Assembly (NCBI GenBank): GCA_963771275.1
Contig: CAVYSW010000010.1
Location: forward strand, 160,001 to 224,000
Length of the DNA: 64,000 nucleotides
Direction: 5' to 3'
Source: an uncultured Gemmatimonadales bacterium
GTDB lineage: Bacteria > Gemmatimonadota > Gemmatimonadetes > Gemmatimonadales > GWC2-71-9
Positions 30,281 through 39,903 of the stretch are shown here, piece by piece (position 1 is the first letter of the stretch; the number at the start of each line of letters is the position of its first letter). A model generated the notes under the pieces. It was not told where the DNA came from and ran no database searches. It saw only the letters and a list, made by a program, of their open reading frames with translations. Position numbers and translations under genes: made by a program.

Positions 30281-32734
30281 ATGCCCGCAGCGCATCCCAA
30301 CGTCAGCGACGGCGCGACCGCGCCGGCCGGATCGTGGCTCACCGGCTCTCGTCCTCCCTACCTCGCGGCGCTCGGCGTGTTTCTCGTGGTGCTGGTCGCG
30401 TACGTCTGGACGCTCGCCCCGACCGTCACGTTCTGGGACGCCGGCGAGTTCATCGCCGCGTCGAAGATGCTCGGCATCCCGCACCCGCCAGGGACGCCGC
30501 TGTTCATCCTGCTCGGTCACGTGTTCGGCCAGTTCGTCCCGATTGGCGGATTCGCCTTCCGCACCAACCTGATGACCGCCGTGTTCAGCGCGGCGGCCGC
30601 GGCGTGCCTGTGCCTGGTCGTGGTTCAGGCGCTGCGCGGATGGCCGCGCAACCCGTCGGGCGGAGCCCGGTCGGACCCGCTGTACGCCATGGGCGGCGCG
30701 ACGGCCGCGGCGATCATCTCGGCGTTCGTGTTCACCGTGTGGCAGAACTCGAACGAGACCGAGGTCTACATGGTGGCGACGTTCAGCGTCGCCGCGATCT
30801 GCTGGCTGTCGTGGTTGTGGCGCTGTCACCGTGGGACGAAGCGGGCGTCGCACCTCCTGTTGTTGATCGTGTACATCGGCGCGGTGTCCGTCGGCAACCA
30901 CCTGCTGACGCTCCTCGTCGGGCCGGCGGTGATCGGCTTCGTGTGGCACGTGCAACGCACGGCGCCGCTGGGCAACGAGCGGGACCGCCGGGCGGAGTGG
31001 GCACAGTGGGCGGTGCTGACGGGCGTGTGGGCCCTGCTGATCGGGGCCGGGCTGGGCAGCACGACCCTCCTCGTGGTTGGCGCGGTCGTCTTCGCAGCCG
31101 CGGCCGCCTACTCGGCGTCGGTCGGCTCGGTGCTGTTCCCGGCCACCGTGCTCGGGCTCGCGGCGCTCGGCGTCTCGACCTACCTGTTCCTCTACATTCG
31201 CGCGGGGCTGCAGCCGGGGATCAACGAGGCGGATCCGTCGACGTGGCACGCCCTGTTGTCGGTGATCCGGCGCGAGCAGTACCCGCCGCGCTCCCCGCTC
31301 GACAACCCGGTGTTCCCGTCCGGTCCCGGCAACCCCGGCCGCAACCTCACGATCATCGGCCTGCAGATCCAGAACTACCTGCAGTACTTCGACTGGCAGT
31401 GGGCGAACGGACTCGCGGAAACCAAGCCGGTGTTCGCGCTCGTCCGGCTGCCGTTCACGATGCTGTTCACGACGCTCGGATTCGTCGGGCTCGCGGAGCT
31501 GCACCGGCGTGACCGGTCGGTGTTCTGGCTGCTCCTGCTGCTGTTTCTCACGACCGGTCCCGTGTTGATGGGCTACATGAACTTCAAGCCCGGCTACTCG
31601 CTGGGTGGGGATCTCTTTCCCCAGGGGGATCAGCACGAGGTGCGCGAGCGGGACTACTTCTTCACGGTGTCCTTCCAGGTCTGGGGCCTTTATGCGGGCA
31701 TCGGCCTGGCCGCCCTGGGGCGGGGCGTGCGCGAGCGCCTGGGCGACGGCCCGCGGTCCGCGGGCCGCGCCTTGGGCACTGGGCTGCTCGCGGTCGCGCT
31801 GCTGCCCCTCGCCCTCAACTTCAGCGCCGCCAGCCGGCGGCACCCGCCCACCGCGACGCTCGCCCGGGATTTCGCGTACGACCTGCTACAGTCCGTCGAG
31901 CCGTACGGCATTCTCTTCACGTACGGCGACAACGACACCTTCCCCCTGTGGTATCTCCAGGAAGTGGAGGGGGTGCGACAGGACGTGGTGGTGGTGAATC
32001 TCTCCCTGGGCAACACGGATTGGTTCATCCGCCAGCTGCGCGACAACCCGGTGCGCCGCTTCGATCCGGCACAGGCCCCCTGGTACGCGCCGCTCGCCCG
32101 CGCCGAACCACCGCCCGTGCTCTCCTGGACCGATGCGGAGATCGCGACCCTGTACCCGCAGCGGACGAGCCGCGCGCTGCTGTTCCGGGTGGGGCAGGTC
32201 AGCCGGACGATCCCGCGCGACACGCCGCTCTACGTGAAAGACATCCTGATGATGCGGCTGATGCAGGAGAACGCGGGCCGCCGGCCGATCTACTACTCCG
32301 TGACGGCGGGAAGCGGAAACTGGCTGGGGTTGCAGCGCTACCTCACGAGCGAGGCGCTGGTGATCCGCGTGAATTTCACTCCTCCCAACTCGAGCCGCCT
32401 GGTGTCGGGCAGCGTGCTCGGCATCGCGCTGGACCTGCCGCGGACGGACTCCCTGGTGAACCACGTGTACCGCTATGCGGGGCTGTTTCAGCGCGACACG
32501 CTTGCGCTCGACCCCACCAACCGCACGATTGCGAGCAACCTGAGCCTGCCGTTCCTGGCCCTGGGCGAGGCCTACGAGGTGCGCGGCGACCGCGCGCGCA
32601 GCGTGGAGAATCTGCGCAAGGCCTACCACCTGTCGCCGACGCCCGATCTCGGGGCGGTGATCGAGGCGCTGGCGCAGCCGTTCCCGCCGCTGCCGCCCGG
32701 CGGGGACACGGCGGTGGGAGATTCGCGGCACTGA
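30281..32734 (+). CDS. DUF2723 / TMEM260-like GT-C membrane glycosyltransferase
   Basis: TLAPTVTFWDAGEFI, GIPHPPGTP, ETEVY, REQY, HEVRERDYFF, GDNDTFPLWY. Confidence 0.82.
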   Translation: MPAAHPNVSDGATAPAGSWLTGSRPPYLAALGVFLVVLVAYVWTLAPTVTFWDAGEFIAASKMLGIPHPPGTPLFILLGHVFGQFVPIGGFAFRTNLMTAVFSAAAAACLCLVVVQALRGWPRNPSGGARSDPLYAMGGATAAAIISAFVFTVWQNSNETEVYMVATFSVAAICWLSWLWRCHRGTKRASHLLLLIVYIGAVSVGNHLLTLLVGPAVIGFVWHVQRTAPLGNERDRRAEWAQWAVLTGVWALLIGAGLGSTTLLVVGAVVFAAAAAYSASVGSVLFPATVLGLAALGVSTYLFLYIRAGLQPGINEADPSTWHALLSVIRREQYPPRSPLDNPVFPSGPGNPGRNLTIIGLQIQNYLQYFDWQWANGLAETKPVFALVRLPFTMLFTTLGFVGLAELHRRDRSVFWLLLLLFLTTGPVLMGYMNFKPGYSLGGDLFPQGDQHEVRERDYFFTVSFQVWGLYAGIGLAALGRGVRERLGDGPRSAGRALGTGLLAVALLPLALNFSAASRRHPPTATLARDFAYDLLQSVEPYGILFTYGDNDTFPLWYLQEVEGVRQDVVVVNLSLGNTDWFIRQLRDNPVRRFDPAQAPWYAPLARAEPPPVLSWTDAEIATLYPQRTSRALLFRVGQVSRTIPRDTPLYVKDILMMRLMQENAGRRPIYYSVTAGSGNWLGLQRYLTSEALVIRVNFTPPNSSRLVSGSVLGIALDLPRTDSLVNHVYRYAGLFQRDTLALDPTNRTIASNLSLPFLALGEAYEVRGDRARSVENLRKAYHLSPTPDLGAVIEALAQPFPPLPPGGDTAVGDSRH

Positions 32735-32778
32735 AGCCCGCTTGTAGGCCCGTCTAAGTGTCGGTACCTTAACAGGCT

Positions 32779-33465
32779 ATGTCGTACGAGACCCTCCCGG
32801 AGAACCTGGCGCGGGTGCGGGAGGCCATCGCGCAGGTACAGGCCAACGAAGGCGTGCGGCAGAACGTCGCGGTGGTCGCCGTGACCAAGGCGCACGGCCC
32901 GGCGGCGGTCGAAGCGGCCTGGCGGGCGGGCATCACGGACGTGGGAGAGAATCGCGTCCAGGAGGCCCTCGCCAAGCAGGAGGCGCTGGCCCTGCCGGTG
33001 CGGTGGCACCTGATCGGGCACCTCCAGACCAACAAGGCCAAGCTGGTCGGGGCGCGGTTTGCCGTGGTGCATTCGCTCGATTCCGCGCGGGTAGGGGAGG
33101 CGGTCAGCGAGGCGGCGCAGCGGGCCGGGACGCGTCTGCGGGCGCTGCTCCAGGTGAACATCGCGGGGGAGGAACAGAAGAGCGGGTGCGATCCGGCCGC
33201 TGCCGAGTCGCTGGTGGACGCGATGGGGAGTCTGGCCGGCATCGAGCTGATCGGGTTGATGACCATGGCACCGTTCACGGACGACGAGGGGGTGCAACGC
33301 CGGGTGTTCGCCGCGTTGCGCGAGCTGCGTGATCGCCTCGCGGCGCCCGCGCGGCCGCTGGCGGACCTCTCGATGGGGATGAGCGGTGATTTCCGGGCCG
33401 CGGTCGCAGAGGGAGCGACGCTGCTGCGGCTTGGCACGGTGCTGTTCGGGGAGCGAGCCACATGA
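32779..33465 (+). CDS. yggS: PLP homeostasis protein (YggS/PLPBP)
   Basis: VAVTK, GENRVQE, WHLIGHLQTNK, GLMTM, LSMGMSGDF, RLGTVLFG. Confidence 0.94.
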   Translation: MSYETLPENLARVREAIAQVQANEGVRQNVAVVAVTKAHGPAAVEAAWRAGITDVGENRVQEALAKQEALALPVRWHLIGHLQTNKAKLVGARFAVVHSLDSARVGEAVSEAAQRAGTRLRALLQVNIAGEEQKSGCDPAAAESLVDAMGSLAGIELIGLMTMAPFTDDEGVQRRVFAALRELRDRLAAPARPLADLSMGMSGDFRAAVAEGATLLRLGTVLFGERAT

Positions 33466-33953
33466 ACGATGAGTTTCGCCTCACGCCGGTGGACGTGCGG
33501 GCACAGGAGTTCCGCCGGGCGGCGTTCGGCTACGAGCGGACGGCCGTCGAGGATCTTCGGGGGCGCGTCGCGGATGAGATCGAGCGGTTGCTGCGGGAGC
33601 GGGCGACGCTCGAAGAGCGGGTGCACACGCTGCGCGAGCAGCTCAAGGCGTTCCGCGAGCGCGAGAAGGCGCTGAACGACGCGCTGGTCGCGGCGCAGCA
33701 GCTTCGTGCCAGCACGGAGGCCGTGGCGCGGCAGGAAGCGGAGTTGCTCCTGCGGGAGGCGCGGGCCCAGAGCGACGCCCTGCTCGCCGAGGCGCGCAAT
33801 GCGGAGCGCGATGTGCGACGGGACACCGAGGAGGCGCATCGCCACTTCTCGGCGTACCTGGTGGCCTACCGCGCGTTGCTCGACCGCTCCCTGGCCGACG
33901 TGGAGGCGCTCGCCGCGCACGCGCGGGCCGCGGCGTCGCCGGCGCGGCCGTGA
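33462..33953 (+). CDS. divIVA: DivIVA-domain protein
   Basis: LTPVDVRAQEFRRAAFGY...VEDL N-terminal motif followed by a coiled coil. Confidence 0.85.
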   Translation: MNDEFRLTPVDVRAQEFRRAAFGYERTAVEDLRGRVADEIERLLRERATLEERVHTLREQLKAFREREKALNDALVAAQQLRASTEAVARQEAELLLREARAQSDALLAEARNAERDVRRDTEEAHRHFSAYLVAYRALLDRSLADVEALAAHARAAASPARP

Positions 33954-33975
33954 ACGCCTGACTCGACCGCACGGC

Positions 33976-36900
33976 ATGGCCTTCGATCCGCTGCACTACG
34001 CGAGCGCCGACGCGCTCGAGCGCGACCTGCTCGCGATGTGGGAGCGGGAAGGGCTGTTCCGCCAGACCCTGCGGGCCACGCAGGACGGGGAGCCGTTCGT
34101 GTTCTACGAGGGGCCGCCGACGGCCAACGGGCGACCGGGCATCCACCACGTCTTCGCCCGCACGATCAAGGACCTCGTGTGTCGCTACCAGACGATGTGC
34201 GGCCGGCAGGTGACGCGGATCGCCGGGTGGGACACGCACGGGCTGCCGGTGGAGATCGAGGTCGAGAAGGCGCTCGGCGTCTCCGGGAAGGCGGACATCG
34301 AGGCGCTCGGCGTTGCGGAATTCAATCGCCGCTGCCGGGAGAGCGTCTTCCGGTACAAGGCGGACTGGGAACAGCTCTCCGCCCGCATCGGATACTGGCT
34401 CGAGTACGACCGGGCCTACGTCACCTACACGAACGACTACGTGGAGTCGGTGTGGTGGTTGCTCAAGCGGTTCCACGAGCGGGATCTGCTGTTCGAGGGG
34501 CACAAGGTGCTGCCCTATTGCCCCCGGTGCGGCACGGTGCTGTCGAGCCACGAGCTCGCTCTGGGGTACGCGACGCACCGCAGCCCCTCCATCTACGTGC
34601 TGTTCCGGCTCGTAGAGCCGGCCGCCGACGGCCGGCCGCGCCATCTGCTCGTCTGGACGACGACGCCCTGGACCCTGCCGTCCAACGTGGCGGTGGCGGT
34701 GCACCCCGACCTGCACTACGTCGAGCTGGATGTCGACGGGCGCCGCGTCATCGTCGAGCGGGGCATCGCCGAGAGCAAGGCGATTCCCGGTGCCACGCAC
34801 GGCAAGGCACTCGGGGAGTTCCCGCGGCTGGGCGAGTGGGAAGGGCGCGAGCTGGTGGGCCGGCGATACCGGCAGCTGCTCGACGCCGTGCCCGTCGACG
34901 CCGATCACGCGTTCCGGGTGATTCCGGGCGACTTCGTGACCAGCGACGAGGGGACGGGGCTGGTGCATCTCGCACCGGCATTCGGGGCGGACGACTACGC
35001 CGCCGCGCAGCGCGAGGGAATCGCGTTCGTCAATCCGGTGGACGCCTCCGGGCGCTTTCAGGACACGCGGTGGAGCGCGATCAACGGCAGGACCGTCTTC
35101 GAGGCGAATCCCCTGGTCGCGGCGCGGCTGGCGGACGAGGGATCGCTGTTCGGGCGGTACGAGGCCGAGGGCTACGAGCACAGCTACCCGTTCTGCTGGC
35201 GCTGCGACTCGCCGCTGATCTACTACGCGCGGCGCTCGTGGTTCATCCGGACGACTGCGGTGCGTGACCGGATGCTCGCGATCAACGCCGCCGTGCGCTG
35301 GGTCCCGCCCGAAGTCGGCGTGGGCCGGTTCGGCGAGTGGCTCGAGAACAACATCGACTGGGCGCTGTCGCGCGACCGGTACTGGGGCACGCCGCTGCCG
35401 GTGTGGCGCTGTGAGACGGATGCGTCGCACGTGGTGGTGGTGGGCTCGTACGCCGAGCTCGCGGCCCTGACCGGGGCGCCGCTCGGCCCGGACTTCGATC
35501 CGCACAAGCCGTTCGTCGACGACATCGTCGCCCGCTGCCCGAGCTGCAGCGGCGTCATGCGGCGGGTGCCGGAGGTGATTGACGCGTGGTTCGATTCGGG
35601 AGCCATGCCCTACGGACAGTGGCACTACCCGTTCGCGCACCAGGCCGAGTTCGCGCGGCACTTCCCCGCCGACTTCATCTGCGAGGGACTCGATCAGACG
35701 CGCGGCTGGTTCTACTCCCTGCTCGCGATCGCCGCCGGCGCGTTCGACGGCCCGGCGTACCGCAACGTGATCGTCACCGGGCTGGTGCTCGACGCGGAGG
35801 GGCGGAAGATGTCCAAGCGCGTCGGCAACGTCGTGGACCCGTGGCAGGCGGTCGCGGAGCACGGCGCCGACACGGTGCGGCTCTACCTGCTCGCGTCGAG
35901 TCAGGTGTGGTTGCCGAAGCGGTTCGACGCGACGTCTATCACGGAGGTGGCGGGCGCGTCGCTGCACCGGCTGCGGAACTCGTACGGCTTCTTCTGTCTG
36001 TACGCGGAGGGGTGGACGGCGGCCTCCGCGCCACCGCCGGAGGTCCGTCCGCCGGTCGATCGCTGGTTGCTCGATCGTCTCGACCGGCTGGTCGCCGACG
36101 TGCGCAGCGCGTGGGATGGCTTCGACGTCACGGGCGGGGTGCGGGCGCTGCTCGACTTCTGTGACAACGATCTCTCCAACTGGTACGTGCGGACCAATCG
36201 GGGGCGGTTCTGGGCACCGGACGCCCAGGCGGACCCGGCGGCGCTGGCGACCCTGTACGACGCCCTGGTCGTCGTGGCGCGTCTGCTCGCACCCGCCGCG
36301 CCGTTCCTGAGCGACGCGATCCACCGCCGGCTCACGGGCCGCTCGGTGCACCTCGAGCGCATGCCCGCGGCGCGCGGCGGCGGCGACGCGGCCCTGGCGG
36401 CGGCGATGGATGCGGTCCGGCGCCTCGCGACGCTGGCGCGCGCGGCGCGCGATGCGGCGGGGCTGCGGGTGCGTCAGCCGTTGACCGGGATGCGCGTCGC
36501 GGTGCCGGCGGCGGCGCGCGGGGACGCGTTCCACCGGCTGCTCGGCGTGCTGGCGGCGGAGGTGAACGTCAAGACGGTCGCCCTGGCGGCGGACGCCGAG
36601 CTGGTGCGCCTGCGCGGCAAGCCGAACTACCGCAGCCTCGGCAAGATCTACGGCAAGGACACGCCGCGGGCGGCGCAGCTGGCGGCGGCGCTGACGACCG
36701 AGCAGCTCCAGGCGCTGGAGGCCGGCAACGACGTGGTCGTGGAGGCCGACGGGCGGCCGGTCCGCTTCCGGCCGGAGGATGTCGTCGTGGAGCGGGACGT
36801 CGCCACCGACTGGCTGGTCCAGAGCGACGGGCCGTTCGTCGTCGCGCTCGACCCCCGCCTCACGCCGGCGTTGCGCCAGGAGGGACTGGCGCGCGAGGTG

Positions 36901-37170
36901 GTCAACCGGGTCCAGCGGCTCCGCAAGGAGGCTGGGTACGAATACATCACCCGCATTACTTTAAGTGTTTCCGGTGACGGCGAGGTGCTCGCCTCGGCGG
37001 GGGCGTTCGAGGACTTCATCGCCGGGGAGACGCTGGCCCGGCGCGTGGAGCTCGGCGCCGAGCTCGGCGATCCGGACGTGCGGGAGGAGGCCGAGATCGA
37101 CGGGCGGCGCGTCGTCATCGCCGTGAGGCGACACGACCAGGGCGGCTCGACGCACGGGGCGTCGGCCTGA
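33976..37170 (+). CDS. ileS: Isoleucine--tRNA ligase (type 2)
   Basis: FYEGPPTANGRPGIHH, GWDTHGLP, WTTTPWTLP, DWALSRDRYWGTP, EGLDQTRGWF, KMSKR. Confidence 0.96.
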   Translation: MAFDPLHYASADALERDLLAMWEREGLFRQTLRATQDGEPFVFYEGPPTANGRPGIHHVFARTIKDLVCRYQTMCGRQVTRIAGWDTHGLPVEIEVEKALGVSGKADIEALGVAEFNRRCRESVFRYKADWEQLSARIGYWLEYDRAYVTYTNDYVESVWWLLKRFHERDLLFEGHKVLPYCPRCGTVLSSHELALGYATHRSPSIYVLFRLVEPAADGRPRHLLVWTTTPWTLPSNVAVAVHPDLHYVELDVDGRRVIVERGIAESKAIPGATHGKALGEFPRLGEWEGRELVGRRYRQLLDAVPVDADHAFRVIPGDFVTSDEGTGLVHLAPAFGADDYAAAQREGIAFVNPVDASGRFQDTRWSAINGRTVFEANPLVAARLADEGSLFGRYEAEGYEHSYPFCWRCDSPLIYYARRSWFIRTTAVRDRMLAINAAVRWVPPEVGVGRFGEWLENNIDWALSRDRYWGTPLPVWRCETDASHVVVVGSYAELAALTGAPLGPDFDPHKPFVDDIVARCPSCSGVMRRVPEVIDAWFDSGAMPYGQWHYPFAHQAEFARHFPADFICEGLDQTRGWFYSLLAIAAGAFDGPAYRNVIVTGLVLDAEGRKMSKRVGNVVDPWQAVAEHGADTVRLYLLASSQVWLPKRFDATSITEVAGASLHRLRNSYGFFCLYAEGWTAASAPPPEVRPPVDRWLLDRLDRLVADVRSAWDGFDVTGGVRALLDFCDNDLSNWYVRTNRGRFWAPDAQADPAALATLYDALVVVARLLAPAAPFLSDAIHRRLTGRSVHLERMPAARGGGDAALAAAMDAVRRLATLARAARDAAGLRVRQPLTGMRVAVPAAARGDAFHRLLGVLAAEVNVKTVALAADAELVRLRGKPNYRSLGKIYGKDTPRAAQLAAALTTEQLQALEAGNDVVVEADGRPVRFRPEDVVVERDVATDWLVQSDGPFVVALDPRLTPALRQEGLAREVVNRVQRLRKEAGYEYITRITLSVSGDGEVLASAGAFEDFIAGETLARRVELGAELGDPDVREEAEIDGRRVVIAVRRHDQGGSTHGASA

Positions 37171-37189
37171 CTTCAGACGGAAGCGCGAC

Positions 37190-37576
37190 ATGAACAAGAA
37201 GCAGCTGGCACATCTCGAGAAGCGGCTCCTGGAAGAACGCGCTCGTGTCACCAAGGAGCTGGGGATTCACGGGAAGTCGTTTTCCGGGACCCTGCAGGAT
37301 TCCGACGGCGACCTGTCGTCCTACTCGTTCCACATGGCGGACCAGGGAACGGACGCGATGGAGCGCGAGAAGGAGTTCCTGTTCGCGTCCAAGGAGGGCC
37401 GCTACCTGTGGCACGTCAACGAGGCGCTGCGACGCCTGTATCAGTCGCCCGAGACGTTCGGGCAGTGCCAGGAGTGCGGCGAGGAGATCAGCTTCGAGCG
37501 CCTCGACGCGCTGCCCCACGCGCGCCTCTGCATCAAGTGCAAGGCGAAGGAAGAGGACAGTGACAAGCGGCGCTAG
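37190..37576 (+). CDS. TraR/DksA C4-type zinc-finger protein
   Basis: Coiled coil with HMADQGTD, CQECG...ERL.ALP.ARLCIKC. Confidence 0.88.
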   Translation: MNKKQLAHLEKRLLEERARVTKELGIHGKSFSGTLQDSDGDLSSYSFHMADQGTDAMEREKEFLFASKEGRYLWHVNEALRRLYQSPETFGQCQECGEEISFERLDALPHARLCIKCKAKEEDSDKRR

Positions 37577-38081
37577 GCGAGGCCTGTTTTGGGGAGTGCT
37601 GCTCGGGGTCGTCGTCCTGGACTTCATCACGAAGCGGGCCGCGGTCGCGACGCTGGGGCGTGTCCCGGTGCGGCTGCTCGGCGACTGGCTCACGCTGCGA
37701 CTGGTGTACAATCCCGGAGCCGCGTTCGGCATCCACGTCGGCGCCTACTCGCGCTGGGTCTTCACGGTCCTCGCGCTCGCGGCCCTGGTGGTGCTGGGGA
37801 GCATGGTGCGCCAGACGCGGGCGGCGCAGCGGATCCGGCTGTTCGCGCTCGCGCTGGTGTGCGGCGGCGCGGTCGGCAACCTGCTCGACCGCCTGCGGGG
37901 GGGACGCGGCGTCGTGGACTTCATCGATGTGTGGATCGGCTCGTTTCACTGGCCGACGTTCAACGTGGCCGACATGGCCGTAAGCTGCGGCGCCGTGGCC
38001 CTCGCGCTGGTGCTGTGGCACGAAGGGAGGAACGGTGAGCGGGCCGCTCCGCAGGCCGACGCCGCCGAGCTCTCCCCCTGA
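37560..38081 (+). CDS. lspA: Lipoprotein signal peptidase II
   Basis: DFITK, NPGAAFG, GAVGNLLDR, VVDFI, WPTFNVAD. Confidence 0.93.
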   Translation: MTSGARRGLFWGVLLGVVVLDFITKRAAVATLGRVPVRLLGDWLTLRLVYNPGAAFGIHVGAYSRWVFTVLALAALVVLGSMVRQTRAAQRIRLFALALVCGGAVGNLLDRLRGGRGVVDFIDVWIGSFHWPTFNVADMAVSCGAVALALVLWHEGRNGERAAPQADAAELSP

Positions 38082-39096
38082 TGTCGCCGGTCCGTCGGGG
38101 TGGACCGTGACATTCCAGGTCGCGGCGTCCGCCACCGAACGGCTCGACCGCTTCCTCGCCGACCAACTGTGCCTCCCGCGCACCCAAGCGGGACGGCTGA
38201 TCGCCGCCGGCGCCGTGACGGTCAACGGCGTGCCGGGCCGGGCCGGGCGGCCGCTCGCACGCGCCGATCTCGTGGAGGTCCAGCTCGGTGCGCCGGGCCC
38301 GCCGGCCCGCCCGCTCGTGCCGCATCCCATTCCCCTCGCGATCGTGTTCGAGGATGCCCAGCTGCTCGTGCTCGACAAACCCGCCGGGCTCGTTGTCCAC
38401 CCCGCGCCCGGTCACTGGGAGGGAACCCTCGTCCACGCGCTGGTGGCCCACGGGGTTCCGCTCGCCGTCGGCGCGCGGGAACGTCCCGGCATCGTGCATC
38501 GTCTCGACCGGGACACGTCGGGGCTGATGATCGTCGCCAAGACGGACGAGGCGCATCGACGCCTCGCCAAGGCCATCGCGCTGCGCCGGGTGGAGCGGCA
38601 CTACGCCGCCCTGATCTGGGGGCACATCGACCGGCCGCTGGATATCGACGCGCCGCTTGCGCGCCACCCGGTGGATCGCAAGCGCATGGCCGTCGTGGCC
38701 ACCGGGCGCCCCGCGCGGAGCCGGGTGGAGCCGGTTGCGCGGTTCGCCATGGGCGACCTCGTGCGCGTCCGGCTCGGCACCGGCCGCACGCACCAGATTC
38801 GCGTGCATCTCGCCCACGTGGGCCATCCGGTCGTCGGGGATCCGACGTACGGGGGGGGCGGCAGCCGGCGGGTTTCCGGCCCGGCGCGCCGGGCCGCGGA
38901 GGCGCTGGAGCGGGCGACACCGCGCCAGGCGCTCCACGCGGCGCGCCTGGCGTTCGCGCACCCGGACACGCGGGCCTGGCTCGAGTTCCGGGCGGAGTGG
39001 CCCGCGGATCTGCGGGCCGCGCTGGCGGCCGCCGCAGAGGATCCGGACATGCTTGCTCGGTCTTCTCCGCTGGACTATCTTGGCTTCTTTAAATAA
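38035..39096 (+). CDS. rluD: RluA/RluD-family pseudouridine synthase
   Basis: S4 domain (RLDRFLA), KPAGLVVHP, IVHRLDRDTSG, TGRTHQIRVH, QALHA; start may be 38107. Confidence 0.9.
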   Translation: MSGPLRRPTPPSSPPDVAGPSGWTVTFQVAASATERLDRFLADQLCLPRTQAGRLIAAGAVTVNGVPGRAGRPLARADLVEVQLGAPGPPARPLVPHPIPLAIVFEDAQLLVLDKPAGLVVHPAPGHWEGTLVHALVAHGVPLAVGARERPGIVHRLDRDTSGLMIVAKTDEAHRRLAKAIALRRVERHYAALIWGHIDRPLDIDAPLARHPVDRKRMAVVATGRPARSRVEPVARFAMGDLVRVRLGTGRTHQIRVHLAHVGHPVVGDPTYGGGGSRRVSGPARRAAEALERATPRQALHAARLAFAHPDTRAWLEFRAEWPADLRAALAAAAEDPDMLARSSPLDYLGFFK

Positions 39097-39097
39097 G

Positions 39098-39529
39098 ATG
39101 GCCGACTTCGCGGCGCGTCTCCTGCTGGTCCGCGTAGACGACATGGTGTGCGCCGCCGAGGCGGCTGCCGTGCGCGAGATCCTGCCGATGCAGCGGGCGA
39201 CCAGAATCCCCGGGGCACCGCCGGCCGTCGCAGGGTTGATCAATGTACGCGGCGAGCTCGTCTCGCTGATCGACGGGGCGAGGCTGTTGGGTCGCGCGGC
39301 ACCCGAAGCCACCGGCGCGGTGGTACTGATGCGCTGGCGCGACACCGCGGTCGCCCTGACCGTGGACGAGGTGCTCGATCTCGTGCCGGTGCCGGCAACG
39401 GATCTGGCGGCGCGCGAGACGCTGGTGGGGATCGATCCGGCGGTCGTCCGAGCGGTGGGGCGCCACGGCGATCGCACGTTCGTCATACTCGACCTCGACG
39501 CCCTGCTGGGGCCGCTGCTGACCGCATAG
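39098..39529 (+). CDS. cheW: Chemotaxis coupling protein CheW
   Basis: VREIL...TRIPGAP..VAGLINVRGELVSLID...LTVDEV. Confidence 0.85.
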   Translation: MADFAARLLLVRVDDMVCAAEAAAVREILPMQRATRIPGAPPAVAGLINVRGELVSLIDGARLLGRAAPEATGAVVLMRWRDTAVALTVDEVLDLVPVPATDLAARETLVGIDPAVVRAVGRHGDRTFVILDLDALLGPLLTA

Positions 39530-39537
39530 GAGGACGC

Positions 39538-39900
39538 GTGAGCCACACGGTGCTGGTTTGCGATGATGCCATCTTCATGCGGACCATGATCTCCGATATC
39601 CTCACCCAGGCGGGCTTCGAGGTCGTGGGGGAGGCGGAGACGGGTCTGCAGGCCGTGGAGAAGTACACCCACCTCAAGCCGGATCTCGTGACCATGGACA
39701 TCGTGATGCCTGACATGGGGGGCATCGACGCGGTTCGCGAGATCGTCAAGGCCGATCCGGCCGCCCGGATTCTGATGTGCAGCGCGATGGGGCAGCAGGC
39801 GCTGGTGGTCGAGGCGATTCAGGCCGGCGCCAAGGATTTCGTCGTCAAGCCGTTCCAGCCGTCGCGCGTCCTGGAGGCCGTCCAGCGGGTCCTGGGGTAG
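39538..39900 (+). CDS. cheY: Single-domain response regulator CheY
   Basis: AGGAGG RBS; VLVCDDAIFMR, VTMDIVMP, SAMGQ, FVVKPF. Confidence 0.93.
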   Translation: MSHTVLVCDDAIFMRTMISDILTQAGFEVVGEAETGLQAVEKYTHLKPDLVTMDIVMPDMGGIDAVREIVKADPAARILMCSAMGQQALVVEAIQAGAKDFVVKPFQPSRVLEAVQRVLG

Positions 39901-39903
39901 GGC

